Shown here in pieces: positions 1-10,376 of a DNA stretch of 64,000 bases. The translations under genes were made by a program, and so were the position numbers. Each line of letters opens with the position of its first letter. Positions within the stretch are counted from its first letter, which is position 1. The DNA is taken from positions 1 through 64,000 of the forward strand of contig JBGPGO010000009.1 in the NCBI GenBank assembly GCA_041483895.1. Reading direction: 5' to 3'. Source of the stretch: Fimbriimonadia bacterium. GTDB lineage: Bacteria > Armatimonadota > Fimbriimonadia > Fimbriimonadales > JABRVX01. The notes beneath the pieces were generated by a model. It ran no database searches. It was not told the origin of the DNA and worked only from the letters and a program-made list of their open reading frames with translations.

Positions 1-66
1 ATCTCCGCGCTCCCCCTCAGAGAGAATCCGGACGATCTGCTCTTCTGTGAACCTGCTCTGCTTCAA
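1..66 (-). CDS. IS3-family transposase OrfA, N-terminus (partial)
   Basis: TTG start at 66 translates MKQSRFTEEQIVRILSEGERGD, the typical IS3/IS407 OrfA N-terminus. Confidence 0.8.
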   Translation of the reverse strand, partial: MKQSRFTEEQIVRILSEGERGD

Positions 67-141
67 TTTCCAGTCTCCTTCCTTCTTGTTCAGGGAAAGA
101 GTCTAATCTAAAGATTGGTTCAAATTTCCGGGGGCACTCCA
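1..141 (-). mobile_element. Left end of an IS3-family insertion sequence (runs off the window)
   Basis: Minus strand begins TGGAGTGCCCCCGGAAATTTGAACCA at 141, resembling an IS3/IS407-group terminal inverted repeat. It is followed by an AGGAGA RBS and a transposase OrfA start. Confidence 0.75.
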
Positions 142-554
142 GGACCAAGCGACGCGCCGAAAGCTGCCGTTGCCGTCGCTCCCCAAATCCCGTTATGTGT
201 CGCGGTCAACAACGAAGTGCCCGCAGCTCCGGTACCGGTAACCGGGTCCTTGGCCACATTTGTGAGAGTCACGACGCCAGGAGCATATGTCTTTGTCGCG
301 GCAGTATAGGTTAACTTTGCGCCTGTAGCCGTATTGGGCGGCGGTCCGATAACGCCATTTGCATTCGCGTATGCGCTAACCGTACCATTCCACGTTGTGG
401 TTGGACCTTTTCCCGGCGCATCACCAAAGTCCCATTCAACGATGTGAAGCTTTTTCGTCCAAGGCTTGCATCGCCAGGTCTCCCCGCCCGCAAAGCCCGT
501 AACCGTAATCAACAGCGAAAAACTGATCGCTCCGATGCTCTTCCAAGAAAACAT
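120..554 (-). CDS. Secreted hypothetical protein, probably C-terminally truncated by the IS
   Basis: GGAGGTGG RBS before ATG at 554; signal peptide MFSWKSIGAISFSLLITVTGFA; Thr/Gly/Ala-rich; last codons and stop lie inside the IS end. Confidence 0.65.
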   Translation of the reverse strand: MFSWKSIGAISFSLLITVTGFAGGETWRCKPWTKKLHIVEWDFGDAPGKGPTTTWNGTVSAYANANGVIGPPPNTATGAKLTYTAATKTYAPGVVTLTNVAKDPVTGTGAAGTSLLTATHNGIWGATATAAFGASLGPGVPPEI

Positions 555-573
555 TTCGTCCACCTCCGCAGTG

Positions 574-606
574 AATGAGGATGAATTTCGACTTTGCGTT
601 GCACGA
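574..606 (-). promoter_or_regulatory. Candidate ECF-sigma promoter, copy 2 (TCGTGCAAC-N16-TCCTCATT)
   Basis: Bipartite motif with the same 16-nt spacing as the copy at 693-725; lies 20 nt upstream of the ATG at 554. Confidence 0.55.
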
Positions 607-609
607 TTG

Positions 610-650
610 AAAAATAAATTCGGGGAGGCTGTTGCTCTTCAGCCTCCCCG
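610..650 (-). terminator. Rho-independent terminator
   Basis: 11-bp perfect stem (621-631/640-650), 8-nt loop, followed on the minus strand by AATTTATTTTT. Confidence 0.7.
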
Positions 651-692
651 TTTGTGCCGCTCATTTGATGATGGTCGGAAAAATCTGTAAGT

Positions 693-725
693 AAGGAGGA
701 CCGAAGAGCAGTCGATGTTGCACGA
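693..725 (-). promoter_or_regulatory. Candidate ECF-sigma promoter, copy 1 (TCGTGCAAC-N16-TCCTCCTT)
   Basis: Same bipartite motif and spacing as 574-606. Confidence 0.5.
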
Positions 726-727
726 GC

Positions 728-753
728 GAAGGGACCGCCGAAGCGGTCCCTTC
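728..753 (-). terminator. Stem-loop downstream of the PEP-CTERM gene
   Basis: GAAGGGACCGC-TTCG-GCGGTCCCTTC: 11-bp stem with a UUCG loop on the minus strand; no U-tract. Confidence 0.5.
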
Positions 754-805
754 CTGGACACATAGTTCTCCACTCCTGTGTTCCTCTATGCAGGAGGGAG
801 CCGAG

Positions 806-1558
806 CTATCTCCTGTTGCGCCGGTGCAACGCGATTAGGCAGATCGAGCCCGCAACAAGCGCGAGTGACGATGGCTCGGGCACGACCTCGAAGTAGCCCC
901 ACGCATTCCATTCCTGCCCGTTGTGCGTCGGATCGGGAAGGATGATGGGATCGGATGGCAGCGTCGCCTCATCGAACCGAATAAACATCACCTGCGTGAG
1001 ATCGAACCCTGGCTCGTTGAAGAAGTAGGTCATCCCCACCGCGGAGGGCAGAACAGGATTGATGGTGTACGGCTGCCAAAAGTTGACAATATTCCTCGTG
1101 AACCAGCCGCGCGAAAACCCATTGACATCGATCAGCTCTATGCCAAGCGCCTTTACGCCGTGAGGCGCGAAAACGTTAAAATTGATCGTCGTGCCGACAA
1201 GATTGGGATCATCATCATACATGAACTCCCACTCAGCAACGGAATAGACGTCCGGGTCCGGGCCATCGTCCCACGACATGACGAGCGAATCGAACGTCGT
1301 AGGTGTGGAATCGCTGACCGGGAAGTCAGGGGTAAGAGTGGACGGGCTGCACGCGAAGCCATCCTCGCCGGTCGTCGCGACCAGGTCTCCATAAAACATC
1401 ATCCCCGCGGTTGCAAAAGAGCACGTGGGATAGATGCTGCCGGACGTGGTGCCTTCGGTCCACGTTTTCGATTTCCCGTCTCCGTAGCTGACAATCGGAA
1501 CCGACCACGCAACCCCAAAAACCGCCAATGCCGCAGTACACGCAAGCCAAACCTTCAT
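806..1558 (-). CDS. PEP-CTERM sorting domain protein
   Basis: AGGAGAGG RBS, signal peptide MKVWLACTAALAVFG, C-terminal VPEPSSLALVAGSICLIALHRRNRR. Confidence 0.9.
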   Translation of the reverse strand: MKVWLACTAALAVFGVAWSVPIVSYGDGKSKTWTEGTTSGSIYPTCSFATAGMMFYGDLVATTGEDGFACSPSTLTPDFPVSDSTPTTFDSLVMSWDDGPDPDVYSVAEWEFMYDDDPNLVGTTINFNVFAPHGVKALGIELIDVNGFSRGWFTRNIVNFWQPYTINPVLPSAVGMTYFFNEPGFDLTQVMFIRFDEATLPSDPIILPDPTHNGQEWNAWGYFEVVPEPSSLALVAGSICLIALHRRNRR

Positions 1559-1619
1559 ATTGCCTCTCCTGTCGCAAACAGCCATCGCAGGGCAAGGCAA
1601 AAAGGCATTATACAACGCG

Positions 1620-4151
1620 CTAGCCGTTATCGCCGAAAAGAACCCAGCTAGCCCAGTAATGTGGCGAGGAGAATCGGGAAGAAAGCGCGGTGAGACAGGC
1701 GTGGCGCACGCTCGCCGCCTTGCCATTGCCGTCCGAAATGCCGCGATAGAACTGCTCGATCCAGTTGCAGGCCGCTTCATCCTGCACGGGCCATTGGGTT
1801 GCGAGAACGCTCGTGCATCCCGCGATCAAAAACGCCCACGCAAAGCTCATCACCCCCTCGCCGGCGGATAGACGCCCTTCGCTCGTGCCACACGCGGAAA
1901 GGACAACCAGCCGCGCGGAAAGTTTCATTTGATAGATATCCCTTGCGTACAGGTATTCGGCGTCCCCAGAAAGAGCCAACGCGCTCATGAGCGGCACGGC
2001 ATCGTTCGGCAAAGCATGGGTCGCGATGTGAATGTGGTCGGCGCTCATCGCCTCACGCCGAAACCTCTCGACCGTCGCTTCGTCTTCGCAAAGCAAGCGG
2101 GTGCGTTTCCCGAGCAGCGAACATGCGATGTCGGCCTCTCTCTTGATATGGGGCAGATCAAGTAGGCCGCCAAATTTGGAAACAGCAACGACTAATGGGT
2201 TGCCGTCGGTACCTTGCGTTGCGGATCGAACGCACGCCTCCCAGGCGGAGGCGGACGGCGCGGAAGACAAATTGAATCGCTCGATCAGATGGCTGCCGTT
2301 CTCGTCCATCAGCGCCCCGAACGGAATGCGATGGAGAAACCTGTCCGGGCAGATCACAAGGCTCTCAACGCCTTCCAGACCCTCCCGTATCGGCACAATC
2401 AATGCATCATGGAGCCATTTGGCATGCGGCCGATAGTCGTCTCCGTCCGCCGCACGAAGGCAGTCCGCGAACACCAAAGCGTTGCGCTCCATTTCGCCCT
2501 TCTTTATGGCCGCCGACCGAATTGTCATGCCCTCGCGCGTCACGAGCATCAATTCGATCTCCTCATCGCCTACCAATATCTCCAAGATAGCCTGGCCTGG
2601 CTGAAGGGCGGCCACAATCTCTTCCAGCCGGCACGCTTCAGAATGAAATCGGCCCCGCGTTGGATATTTCGCGCGCAACGAGGATTCCATGGCGCTCAGA
2701 TGGGCGAGCGCGGCATCCCGATCGCGCAGCCGTCCACGAAACTCGCCGTCGTTCGTTCGGGTCCCATGGACCAACCGCTGCGAATCTGAAAGCGCCTCTC
2801 TCGCGGCATCCAATCGCGATGAGTCGGCCTCGTCCATGTCCGGCGACTTTCGATCGGCTCGAACCACTTCGCGCAGCAGGACGCCCTTCGCCCGCTGGGA
2901 CTGTTCAAACGCTTCCGTCTCCCGGCCCAACTTTCGATTGGCACGGGCGATAGCCGACGGAAGGTCCGCAAATGGCCGCCCGAATCCCGCCGCCATCTCC
3001 GGATCCGTCTGCTCTTCCCGTATGCTTTCGAAAAGCTCCAACGATTGCGCAAAAGTCTGCGCCGCTTCGGCATTATTTCCAAGACGTTCTAGCGCCCGCC
3101 CAATCGTCAACTGGCACAGCGCCACGCTCCGCAAATCGCCCGCCTCGTCATACCGTCGTTTCGCCTCCGACGCGGTCTCGATCGAATCCTCCGCTTCGCC
3201 GTGGTCCAGCATCATCCGGGCTTCGCTCAGATAGGTTTCCGCGACCAGACGTCCAATCCCGAGCTTATCGAAGTGTGCCCGAGCCTTGTGATACATCGAT
3301 ATCGCCTGCTCACGATCCCCCAGCGCGGCATGCACGTCCCCGATGTTGAGGCAGCAGCCGGCAAACCTGCGATCCTCCGACAGTTCCTCGAACACCTCGG
3401 CGGCCTTGCCATACATCGCCAGCGCATCGGCGTGTCTCCCCGCGTCGGACTGCACGTTCCCTGCATTCAGATAGCAGCTTGCAACTCGCAATCGATCTCC
3501 ATGCGCCTCGAACGCCTGCCGGGCTTCCGTATACATCGCCAGCGCCTCTTTGGTCTTCCCCGTGTGCCGATACACATTGCCGGCATTCATTTTGCAAAGA
3601 CCCGCGAGCCGCTCGTTGCCGACCGAATCATAGAGCGCTTCCGCCTCGCTGTACATCGCCAACGCCAATGAGAAACGCCCCGTTTGGAAATAAACAAGAC
3701 CGGAATTGAAGCAGCTTGCCGCCTCGTTCGCCTTGTCGCCTGCGTCGCGATATCCCTTCCTTGCATGGGAGTAATGATTTAGAGATTCGTCCGCGCGGCC
3801 GGTCTCCGAAAGGACGGCGCCGGCGATCAGGTGGGCGCGCGCAAGGTCCGTGCCTTCCAATGACGGCAGGATGGCGTCAACCAGCCGCATCGCCTCCTCC
3901 CAGCGATTGCACAGGCGGGCGCAATATGCCTGGGCCAACTTCGCCTTACGGATTAGGCTCTCGTCCCCGAGCGCCCCCGCCGCAAGAGCTATCCCCGCCG
4001 CCTCCTCAAAGGCAAGCTCCTTGTCCTGAACCTCGGGCAGCCGCTCAAGCTCCGCCTCGAATGCCGCGAGGGTAAGCCATGACGGAAGGCGTTTCGGCGC
4101 CGCCCCTGTGCGGGCTAATTGGGCAAACCACTCGCTATGGTCGTCCGGCAT
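1620..4151 (-). CDS. TPR-repeat CHAT (caspase-like) domain protease
   Basis: About 40-aa helical repeats (N-x-G-x-V-Y...G...A); CHAT motifs LVICPDRFLHRIPFGAL, HIATHA, VVLSACGT, YWASWVLFG. Start at 4151 overlaps the upstream stop (TAATG). Confidence 0.9.
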   Translation of the reverse strand: MPDDHSEWFAQLARTGAAPKRLPSWLTLAAFEAELERLPEVQDKELAFEEAAGIALAAGALGDESLIRKAKLAQAYCARLCNRWEEAMRLVDAILPSLEGTDLARAHLIAGAVLSETGRADESLNHYSHARKGYRDAGDKANEAASCFNSGLVYFQTGRFSLALAMYSEAEALYDSVGNERLAGLCKMNAGNVYRHTGKTKEALAMYTEARQAFEAHGDRLRVASCYLNAGNVQSDAGRHADALAMYGKAAEVFEELSEDRRFAGCCLNIGDVHAALGDREQAISMYHKARAHFDKLGIGRLVAETYLSEARMMLDHGEAEDSIETASEAKRRYDEAGDLRSVALCQLTIGRALERLGNNAEAAQTFAQSLELFESIREEQTDPEMAAGFGRPFADLPSAIARANRKLGRETEAFEQSQRAKGVLLREVVRADRKSPDMDEADSSRLDAAREALSDSQRLVHGTRTNDGEFRGRLRDRDAALAHLSAMESSLRAKYPTRGRFHSEACRLEEIVAALQPGQAILEILVGDEEIELMLVTREGMTIRSAAIKKGEMERNALVFADCLRAADGDDYRPHAKWLHDALIVPIREGLEGVESLVICPDRFLHRIPFGALMDENGSHLIERFNLSSAPSASAWEACVRSATQGTDGNPLVVAVSKFGGLLDLPHIKREADIACSLLGKRTRLLCEDEATVERFRREAMSADHIHIATHALPNDAVPLMSALALSGDAEYLYARDIYQMKLSARLVVLSACGTSEGRLSAGEGVMSFAWAFLIAGCTSVLATQWPVQDEAACNWIEQFYRGISDGNGKAASVRHACLTALSSRFSSPHYWASWVLFGDNG

Positions 4152-4975
4152 TACCGCGACGGGTCTGCCAATCGATCCTGATGGGCCGCTTCCAGCACGA
4201 AGCGCCAGTTGTTCGCCTCTTCGGTATCCGGCCATCGGTCGAGCATGTCCACCGCGTCGGCATAACGGCCGAGATTGTACAGGACGATGGAGGCCGCGAC
4301 CGGCGTCGCGGCGGCGGCATTGTGGGCCCATCGCACTCGATCCGAATCCGCAACGGAAAGCGCCTCGAAGCAGAACTCAGCCTCATTCCCAGAGCCAAGC
4401 CAATCGGAATCGTCGGCTTGTGGGCGAATGCGAATGCGATACCGGCCCGGCGCAAGATCGGGAAGGTCAGCGGAATCACCATTGCCGGCAGTGATGGCGA
4501 TCGGTTGGATTGTGCCGTTCATTCGCTCGATCAAAACGTCAACGTTCGCGGCGCCTCCCGCGTCCCAGCGGATCGTTCGCTCGTCCCGCGTAATGGCACG
4601 GTTGCCGACGATCGGATTGAGCAGTTGAACCGAGGAGGCCTGCGCCGCGGCGCGATAGGTGTGGGACGGCAATGGTCCCCGCAATACCTGCAGCATCTCC
4701 GCCACCCAGATCGGCAGCTTCGCCGCGCCTTCCAGCGCTTTCCCCGCGGATAGTCGGAGCACACCAAGCATCGGTTCGGTCCGCGCCGCTTCTACACCCC
4801 GAAACTCTCGATACAGCGAAAAGCAGTGGGAACACGAAGCCACGTGTGTTATCTTGTGATCGAAATCGCCGGTTCTTTTCCCAATCTCAGCCAGTTCCGT
4901 CAATTGGTCCACCGATAGGCACTCGCCGTCCACAGCAACAGACAACGCCCGATCGAACTTCATAAACATGCTCAT
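4151..4975 (-). CDS. Putative zinc-binding anti-sigma factor (zf-HC2/ZAS) with soluble C-terminal domain
   Basis: ECLSVDQL...HVASCSHC (HxxxCxxC) motif directly downstream of an ECF sigma gene; no obvious transmembrane helix. Confidence 0.75.
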   Translation of the reverse strand: MSMFMKFDRALSVAVDGECLSVDQLTELAEIGKRTGDFDHKITHVASCSHCFSLYREFRGVEAARTEPMLGVLRLSAGKALEGAAKLPIWVAEMLQVLRGPLPSHTYRAAAQASSVQLLNPIVGNRAITRDERTIRWDAGGAANVDVLIERMNGTIQPIAITAGNGDSADLPDLAPGRYRIRIRPQADDSDWLGSGNEAEFCFEALSVADSDRVRWAHNAAAATPVAASIVLYNLGRYADAVDMLDRWPDTEEANNWRFVLEAAHQDRLADPSR

Positions 4976-4976
4976 G

Positions 4977-5711
4977 TTAGTCCCTCCCCCGCAGGTCCGG
5001 CAGCCGCCGCGCAATCTTTAGGCAGGCCTTGCGAAATGTCTTGCCGCTCTGCTCCGGTTGATCGATGGAGCCCAGCTCCTCAGGGGTAAACGGGTCGGCG
5101 GACGCCTGTACCTGATTGATTGCCACCTGGATCGCGTCGCGGCCGCCCAGCCATTCCGGGTCATTGGCGAACAGATGCGCAAGCAGGTTCGCCCTGGCCC
5201 GCAAAAAATGGCTTCGCACCGTTGCCGGATTCATCTCCATCAGCCCCGCGACCTCCTCCATCGACCCTGTTCGGTAAAAAAACATCATCACTTGCAACTC
5301 CGTCTTCGAGCATACGGAGCGGGCAATTTCCAGCGCCTGGTCTGCCAATATCCGCTCCTCCGTTCCTTTCAGAGGATTTTCTTGCGCGGACTGTTGCACC
5401 AGCGCCTCGGTTTCGGGCTGATCCAGCGATATATGCTTGGGAGTTCGACCCGATTGGCGATAGTAGTGGATGCAGGCATTGGCCGCGATCCGCCACAGCC
5501 ACTTATCAAACGGGCAGTCGCCGCGGAAGCAGTTTAGATGGCGATATGCCGACAGCAAAATGTCCTGAAGGAGGTTTTCGGCGTCCTCCCGGGTTCGCAC
5601 TTTTCGGGATAGATATGTGAGCAGGCGGGGACGCTCCTTTTCAACCAGAAGGTCCCAGGCATGCGGATCACCGCTCTTCGCCGCCTCTATCAGTGTGCCC
5701 ACCTCTTGCAT
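4977..5711 (-). CDS. ECF-family RNA polymerase sigma-70 factor with C-terminal extension
   Basis: Region 2 DAENLLQDILLSAYRHL...FDKWLWRIAAN; region 4 SMEEVAGLMEMNPATVRSHFLRAR. Confidence 0.9.
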   Translation of the reverse strand: MQEVGTLIEAAKSGDPHAWDLLVEKERPRLLTYLSRKVRTREDAENLLQDILLSAYRHLNCFRGDCPFDKWLWRIAANACIHYYRQSGRTPKHISLDQPETEALVQQSAQENPLKGTEERILADQALEIARSVCSKTELQVMMFFYRTGSMEEVAGLMEMNPATVRSHFLRARANLLAHLFANDPEWLGGRDAIQVAINQVQASADPFTPEELGSIDQPEQSGKTFRKACLKIARRLPDLRGRD

Positions 5712-5750
5712 AATCGCGCGGATTTTGGCACAACTGGTGAGACGCCACAA

Positions 5751-6812
5751 TCAAATGCCCTGATATGGCGTCCCGTCATCCCGAAGCGGGAGCTTTTCCA
5801 AACTGACCGACACCGTTATCTTTTGACCGTCGCGAAGCACCGTGAGATTGATTTTCTTGCCGGGCTTATCCGTTGCGACCAGGGTCCGAAGCTGCGAAGA
5901 GCGCTCGACCTTCTTACCGCCGTATTCAATGATCTCGTCCCCCTGATGCAGTCCGGCGAGGTGCGCGGGACTGTTCCGATAGATCTGATACACCGTCGCG
6001 GCGTGGTCCTGCGTCGGAGCGGGAAGGATCCCGATCCAACCTCGCTCGATGGGTCCCTTCTCGATGATCTGCTGGGCGATCTGCTTGGCCATCTTCGACG
6101 GGATCGCAAATCCGATCCCTACGTTGCCGCCGGATTCGGTATAGATCATGCTGTTGATCCCGATCAATTCTCCGTCAACGTTGACCAACGCCCCGCCGCT
6201 GTTCCCCGGATTGATCGCGGCGTCGGTCTGAATAAAGTCCTCCAAAGCGAGCGCCCCGAGGCCCTGACGCCCTTTGGCGCTGACGATCCCCGCCGTCACA
6301 GTTTTGTCTAGACCGTATGGATTGCCGACGGCGATCACCCACTCGCCCACCTGCAGCTTGTCGCTGTCTCCCCACTTGGCGACAGGCAGATTCTTGGCAT
6401 CCACTTTGACGACCGCAATATCCGTGACCGGGTCGGAACCCAAAACCTTGCCATCAACGAGAAGGCCGTCCCCGATCGACACCTTGCAGGTCTTCACGCC
6501 GCGAACGATATGGTCGTTCGTTATGATGACCCCGTCGTTCCTGATAATAACGCCGCTGCCGGTCTCGATCTCTTGCACGGGACCCATATCGAATAGGTCG
6601 TCAAAGCCCCGGAGTGGCGCAAAACCTCGCCCCCGACGCTCCCGCTCGACCTGGATATGAACGATGGTGGGCGTGATCTGCTTGGCAATCGCCACGAATG
6701 CCTGCTGCTGGCCGCGCAACAATCGCTTGGCCTCATCCAGCGACATCTCTTTTTGGGCCTGCGCGGCCGTGACGGTCAGAATCGAAAACAGAATCAGGTT
6801 GGCTCTGGTCAT
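5751..6812 (-). CDS. HtrA/DegP-family serine protease with PDZ domain
   Basis: TNDHIV, TDIAVVK, IQTDAAINPGNSGGAL; signal peptide; one PDZ domain. Confidence 0.93.
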   Translation of the reverse strand: MTRANLILFSILTVTAAQAQKEMSLDEAKRLLRGQQQAFVAIAKQITPTIVHIQVERERRGRGFAPLRGFDDLFDMGPVQEIETGSGVIIRNDGVIITNDHIVRGVKTCKVSIGDGLLVDGKVLGSDPVTDIAVVKVDAKNLPVAKWGDSDKLQVGEWVIAVGNPYGLDKTVTAGIVSAKGRQGLGALALEDFIQTDAAINPGNSGGALVNVDGELIGINSMIYTESGGNVGIGFAIPSKMAKQIAQQIIEKGPIERGWIGILPAPTQDHAATVYQIYRNSPAHLAGLHQGDEIIEYGGKKVERSSQLRTLVATDKPGKKINLTVLRDGQKITVSVSLEKLPLRDDGTPYQGI

Positions 6813-8167
6813 GCGTTGCCCTCCGGCGGTGTATAGCACTGTGTACGCATGGGATCGGCTGCGATAGTTCCAAGTGCCGCGCAATCCCCGACGGTGAAAA
6901 AGGATCCGGTGACAAGGATTGTGTCTTTCGGACCCGCAAGATTGCGGGCGGCGTCAACCGCGCCGGAAACGGTATCGGCAACGGTATAGGTCAGTTCGAG
7001 GTCATCGGCGGCCGCTTGCAAACTCTCCAGCGGCAGACGCCGATCGCTCGAGGGCTGTGTCAGAATCAGGCTCCCGGACACGGGCGTCAACGCTGCCAAG
7101 AAGGGGCCTGCATCGTGGCCCTTCGACATGCCGATGACAAGATAGAGCTTCCCGTCGCCAACCAGCTCGGATATCGCCCGTCGCACTGTCCCCGCGGCCT
7201 CCCTGTTGTGCGCCCCGTCCAGGACAACGGTCGGATTGTGGGAAACGATCTGCATTCGGCCCGGAAGGCAGGCGGTTCGAACGCCTTCCGCATATGCCTC
7301 CATCGGAATATCCAGCTCCAGCGATGCCGCGAAGCCTTCCACCGCGGCGATGGCGACGGCGGCGTTTTCCCGCTGGTGGGCGCCCAGCATTCCAACCTCC
7401 AGCCGCTTCAAATCCATGACCGGCGTATGGACGGTGAGGCTCTCGTTCTCCTCCCACCAGACCACCGATCGCCCCGGTACGCTCGGTTGCGTGGAAGCGT
7501 GCCGCACGTGCGTCATCCCGGCCATCATTTCCCGACCGAGCGCGGCCAAAACCTCGAGCGCATCCGGCTCCTGGGCTGCGGTCACGAGTCGCGAACCGGG
7601 TTTGATGATGCCGCCCTTTTCCCGCGCGATCTGGCGATGCGTTTCGCCCAAAATCGCCGTGTGATCGAGGCCGATGTTGGTGACGACGGAGACCCGAGGC
7701 AAAATGACATTCGTGGCGTCCAGGCGGCCGCCCAGGCCGGTTTCGATGCAGGCGGCGTCCACCGCCTCGTCCGCGAAATGCTTGAAGCCGACGCAGGTTT
7801 TCATTTCAAATTCTGTTACCGGCCCCAATTCGTCCGTGGCGATCCGCTCGGCGATCGGGACAATTCGGGTCATCAGGGCCGAGAACCGCTCCCTCGGAAT
7901 CATGACATCGTTGACGATGATTCTCTCGCGCAGATCGAACACATACGGGGAGTGGTATCGGCCGACCCGCAAGCCCGCAGCATGCAGTATGGCGGCGCAG
8001 TAGGCGGTTACGGAGCCTTTCCCGTTGGTCCCGGCGACATGGATGGAGGGCCATCGTTCGTGGGGATTGCCCAATTCGTCCAATATCGCCCACATTCGCG
8101 CCAATCCAGGGCGGATTCCGAACCGCTGGAGACCGGCCAAATGCGCAACGGCTTCATCATAGTCCAC
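6809..8167 (-). CDS. folC: Folylpolyglutamate synthase/dihydrofolate synthase
   Basis: [39 protein letters not shown]. Confidence 0.95.
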   Translation of the reverse strand: MDYDEAVAHLAGLQRFGIRPGLARMWAILDELGNPHERWPSIHVAGTNGKGSVTAYCAAILHAAGLRVGRYHSPYVFDLRERIIVNDVMIPRERFSALMTRIVPIAERIATDELGPVTEFEMKTCVGFKHFADEAVDAACIETGLGGRLDATNVILPRVSVVTNIGLDHTAILGETHRQIAREKGGIIKPGSRLVTAAQEPDALEVLAALGREMMAGMTHVRHASTQPSVPGRSVVWWEENESLTVHTPVMDLKRLEVGMLGAHQRENAAVAIAAVEGFAASLELDIPMEAYAEGVRTACLPGRMQIVSHNPTVVLDGAHNREAAGTVRRAISELVGDGKLYLVIGMSKGHDAGPFLAALTPVSGSLILTQPSSDRRLPLESLQAAADDLELTYTVADTVSGAVDAARNLAGPKDTILVTGSFFTVGDCAALGTIAADPMRTQCYTPPEGNA

Positions 8168-8360
8168 ACGCGGAGTTTACCGCCGTAACACTGGCATCCT
8201 GCCGGCCCTCCCTGCAACATTTGCATCCTGCCGATATCCCCCAGGCCCGCGGAATCCCCGGAAGAACCCCTGTAGTCGTGGGTCCGAATGCCACCACGTC
8301 CGGTCTGGCGACAACCCAAAGGCCCGCGTTCGCCCGCCGACAACCGCTGCACCGGCTCTT

Positions 8361-9821
8361 ATGCCAAAATCGGCCGTGGTCACCAACCTGATCCCAAGCG
8401 TCGGCATGGAGGTGCACGCGGAGCTTGCGACGGAAAGCAAGATGTTCTGCGCCTGCCCCGTCGGCTTCGGTGGCCAACCGAACAGCCGCGTCTGCGCCAT
8501 CTGCACCGGCCAGCCCGGGTCGCTTCCGGTTCCCAATCACAAAGCCATCGAAATGGTGATCAAGACCGCCCTCGCCCTCAACTGCACCGTCCCCGAAAAC
8601 AGCGTTTTCCACCGAAAAAACTACTTCTACCCCGATCTGCCCAAAGGATATCAAATCAGCCAGTATGGAGAGACAAATCCGCTCGGATACGGAGGATATC
8701 TCACAATTCCGACCAAAAACGGCACGAAAGACATTAGAATCCGCCGCGTCCACTTGGAAGAAGACACCGGCAAGCTGCTCCACCTCCCGAACGGCGAGAG
8801 CGGCATCGACTACAACCGCAGCGGCGTCCCCCTTATGGAAATCGTGACCGAATTCCCCCCCGACATCCACAGCTCCGAAGAGGCCAGGGACTACCTCTCC
8901 GAGCTTCGGCTTCTTCTCCTCTACCTCGGCGTCTGCGACGGGAAGATGGAAGAGGGCAGCTTTCGGGGTGAGCCAAACATATCGGTGGCGCCCACCGGCG
9001 CGGATACCCTTGGCGTCAAAACGGAGCTGAAGAACCTCAGTTCCTTCCGCGCGGTGACGCTGGGAGTGGAATCCGAGGTCGAGCGGCAGTCGGCGGCCTT
9101 GGCAAAGGGCGAAACGATTCGGCAGGAGACCCGCGGCTGGCACGAAGGCAGGGAGGAGACCTTCATCATGCGCGTCAAGGAGATGGAAAACGACTATCGC
9201 TACTTCCCCGACCCGGATTTGCCTCCGCTGGTGATCGGCAGGGATTGGGTCGAGGAGCTTCGGGCTGGCCTTCCCGAGCTGCCGATGGCGAAGCGTCATC
9301 GATATATCGAATTGGGACTAGAGCTCAAGCACGCTGCCCAAATCGTCTCCGATCCTGATACCGCCGCCTACTTCGATTCGGGAGTGACATTAGGCGCAGA
9401 CCCCAAAAAGGCGTGCAACTGGATCACTGGGGAGCTTGCCAAGATGCTGAACGAATCCGGCGTCCACATAGGAAGCGCAAAAGCCACCCCAGGTAAGCTG
9501 GTTGAATTGCTGAGGTTGCTGGAGGCCGGCACTTTGAGCGGACCGCTGGCGAAAGAGGTGTTCGCGGAGTGCTTCCGGAGCGGGCGATCCCCAGGGGAAA
9601 TTGTGAAAGAAAGTGGCGCCAGCCAGGTGTCGGACGTGGAGGAGCTGCGATTACAATGCCTGGCCGTGATTGCGGACAATCCGGCGGAAGTCCAAAAATA
9701 TAAGAACGGCAGTGTCAATCTGATTGGATACTTCGTAGGACAGGTTATGAAATCAACGCAGGGTCGGGCCAATCCAAAGATTGTCCAACAGATCCTCAGC
9801 GAGGAGCTAAACAGAACGTGA
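8361..9821 (+). CDS. gatB: Asp-tRNA(Asn)/Glu-tRNA(Gln) amidotransferase subunit B
   Basis: [59 protein letters not shown]. Confidence 0.97.
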   Translation: MPKSAVVTNLIPSVGMEVHAELATESKMFCACPVGFGGQPNSRVCAICTGQPGSLPVPNHKAIEMVIKTALALNCTVPENSVFHRKNYFYPDLPKGYQISQYGETNPLGYGGYLTIPTKNGTKDIRIRRVHLEEDTGKLLHLPNGESGIDYNRSGVPLMEIVTEFPPDIHSSEEARDYLSELRLLLLYLGVCDGKMEEGSFRGEPNISVAPTGADTLGVKTELKNLSSFRAVTLGVESEVERQSAALAKGETIRQETRGWHEGREETFIMRVKEMENDYRYFPDPDLPPLVIGRDWVEELRAGLPELPMAKRHRYIELGLELKHAAQIVSDPDTAAYFDSGVTLGADPKKACNWITGELAKMLNESGVHIGSAKATPGKLVELLRLLEAGTLSGPLAKEVFAECFRSGRSPGEIVKESGASQVSDVEELRLQCLAVIADNPAEVQKYKNGSVNLIGYFVGQVMKSTQGRANPKIVQQILSEELNRT

Positions 9822-10372
9822 TCGGCCTGATTCTCGTCATCTTGGGGTCGTGGCCGTCGGGGATTCCGGCGGATTCTCGCGCGCATTTGGATGCGATTTG
9901 GGACAGTTATCAGGAGCAGATTGTCGACCAAATCGATGACTACTTCCATACCGGCAAATGGGATCATAACACCCGATTAGGATACGTGCTATTGGAAATC
10001 GATCCGGGTGATTTGGAAGCGTTTTCCAACCAGGGCTTCCTTCTCGGCAACGGAATGGACCGCTACGAAGAGGCCGAACAGCTGTATCGCCGAGCGGTTC
10101 AGGAGCATCCGCTGGAATGGGCCCCTGTTTACGATTTGGTGTTTTTTCTCTACTGGCGACAGAGATATCAGGACGCGATCGAGCCCGGCGAAAAGATGCT
10201 CGCGATGCATCCGAAATACATGGCATATCATTTGGTGGCACACGTGTATGAAAAGAGCGGCGACCTGAAGAAATCGGTGTGGACATGGGATCGCTGCATC
10301 GAGAAATTTCCCGTCGATGATGTAGGGAAAATGAACCGGGACCGCGTCCAGAAACTGATCGAGGCAAAGTGA
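9818..10372 (+). CDS. Tetratricopeptide-repeat protein, probably exported
   Basis: Hydrophobic N-terminus and TPR-like helices ([29 protein letters not shown]); overlaps the gatB stop. Confidence 0.75.
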   Translation: MIGLILVILGSWPSGIPADSRAHLDAIWDSYQEQIVDQIDDYFHTGKWDHNTRLGYVLLEIDPGDLEAFSNQGFLLGNGMDRYEEAEQLYRRAVQEHPLEWAPVYDLVFFLYWRQRYQDAIEPGEKMLAMHPKYMAYHLVAHVYEKSGDLKKSVWTWDRCIEKFPVDDVGKMNRDRVQKLIEAK

Positions 10373-10376
10373 CACG

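Noticed and set aside
8170..8360. T-box or riboswitch in the folC-gatB intergenic region
   Set aside because: No T-box consensus or recognisable aptamer; only degenerate REP-like GGCATCCTGCC motifs.
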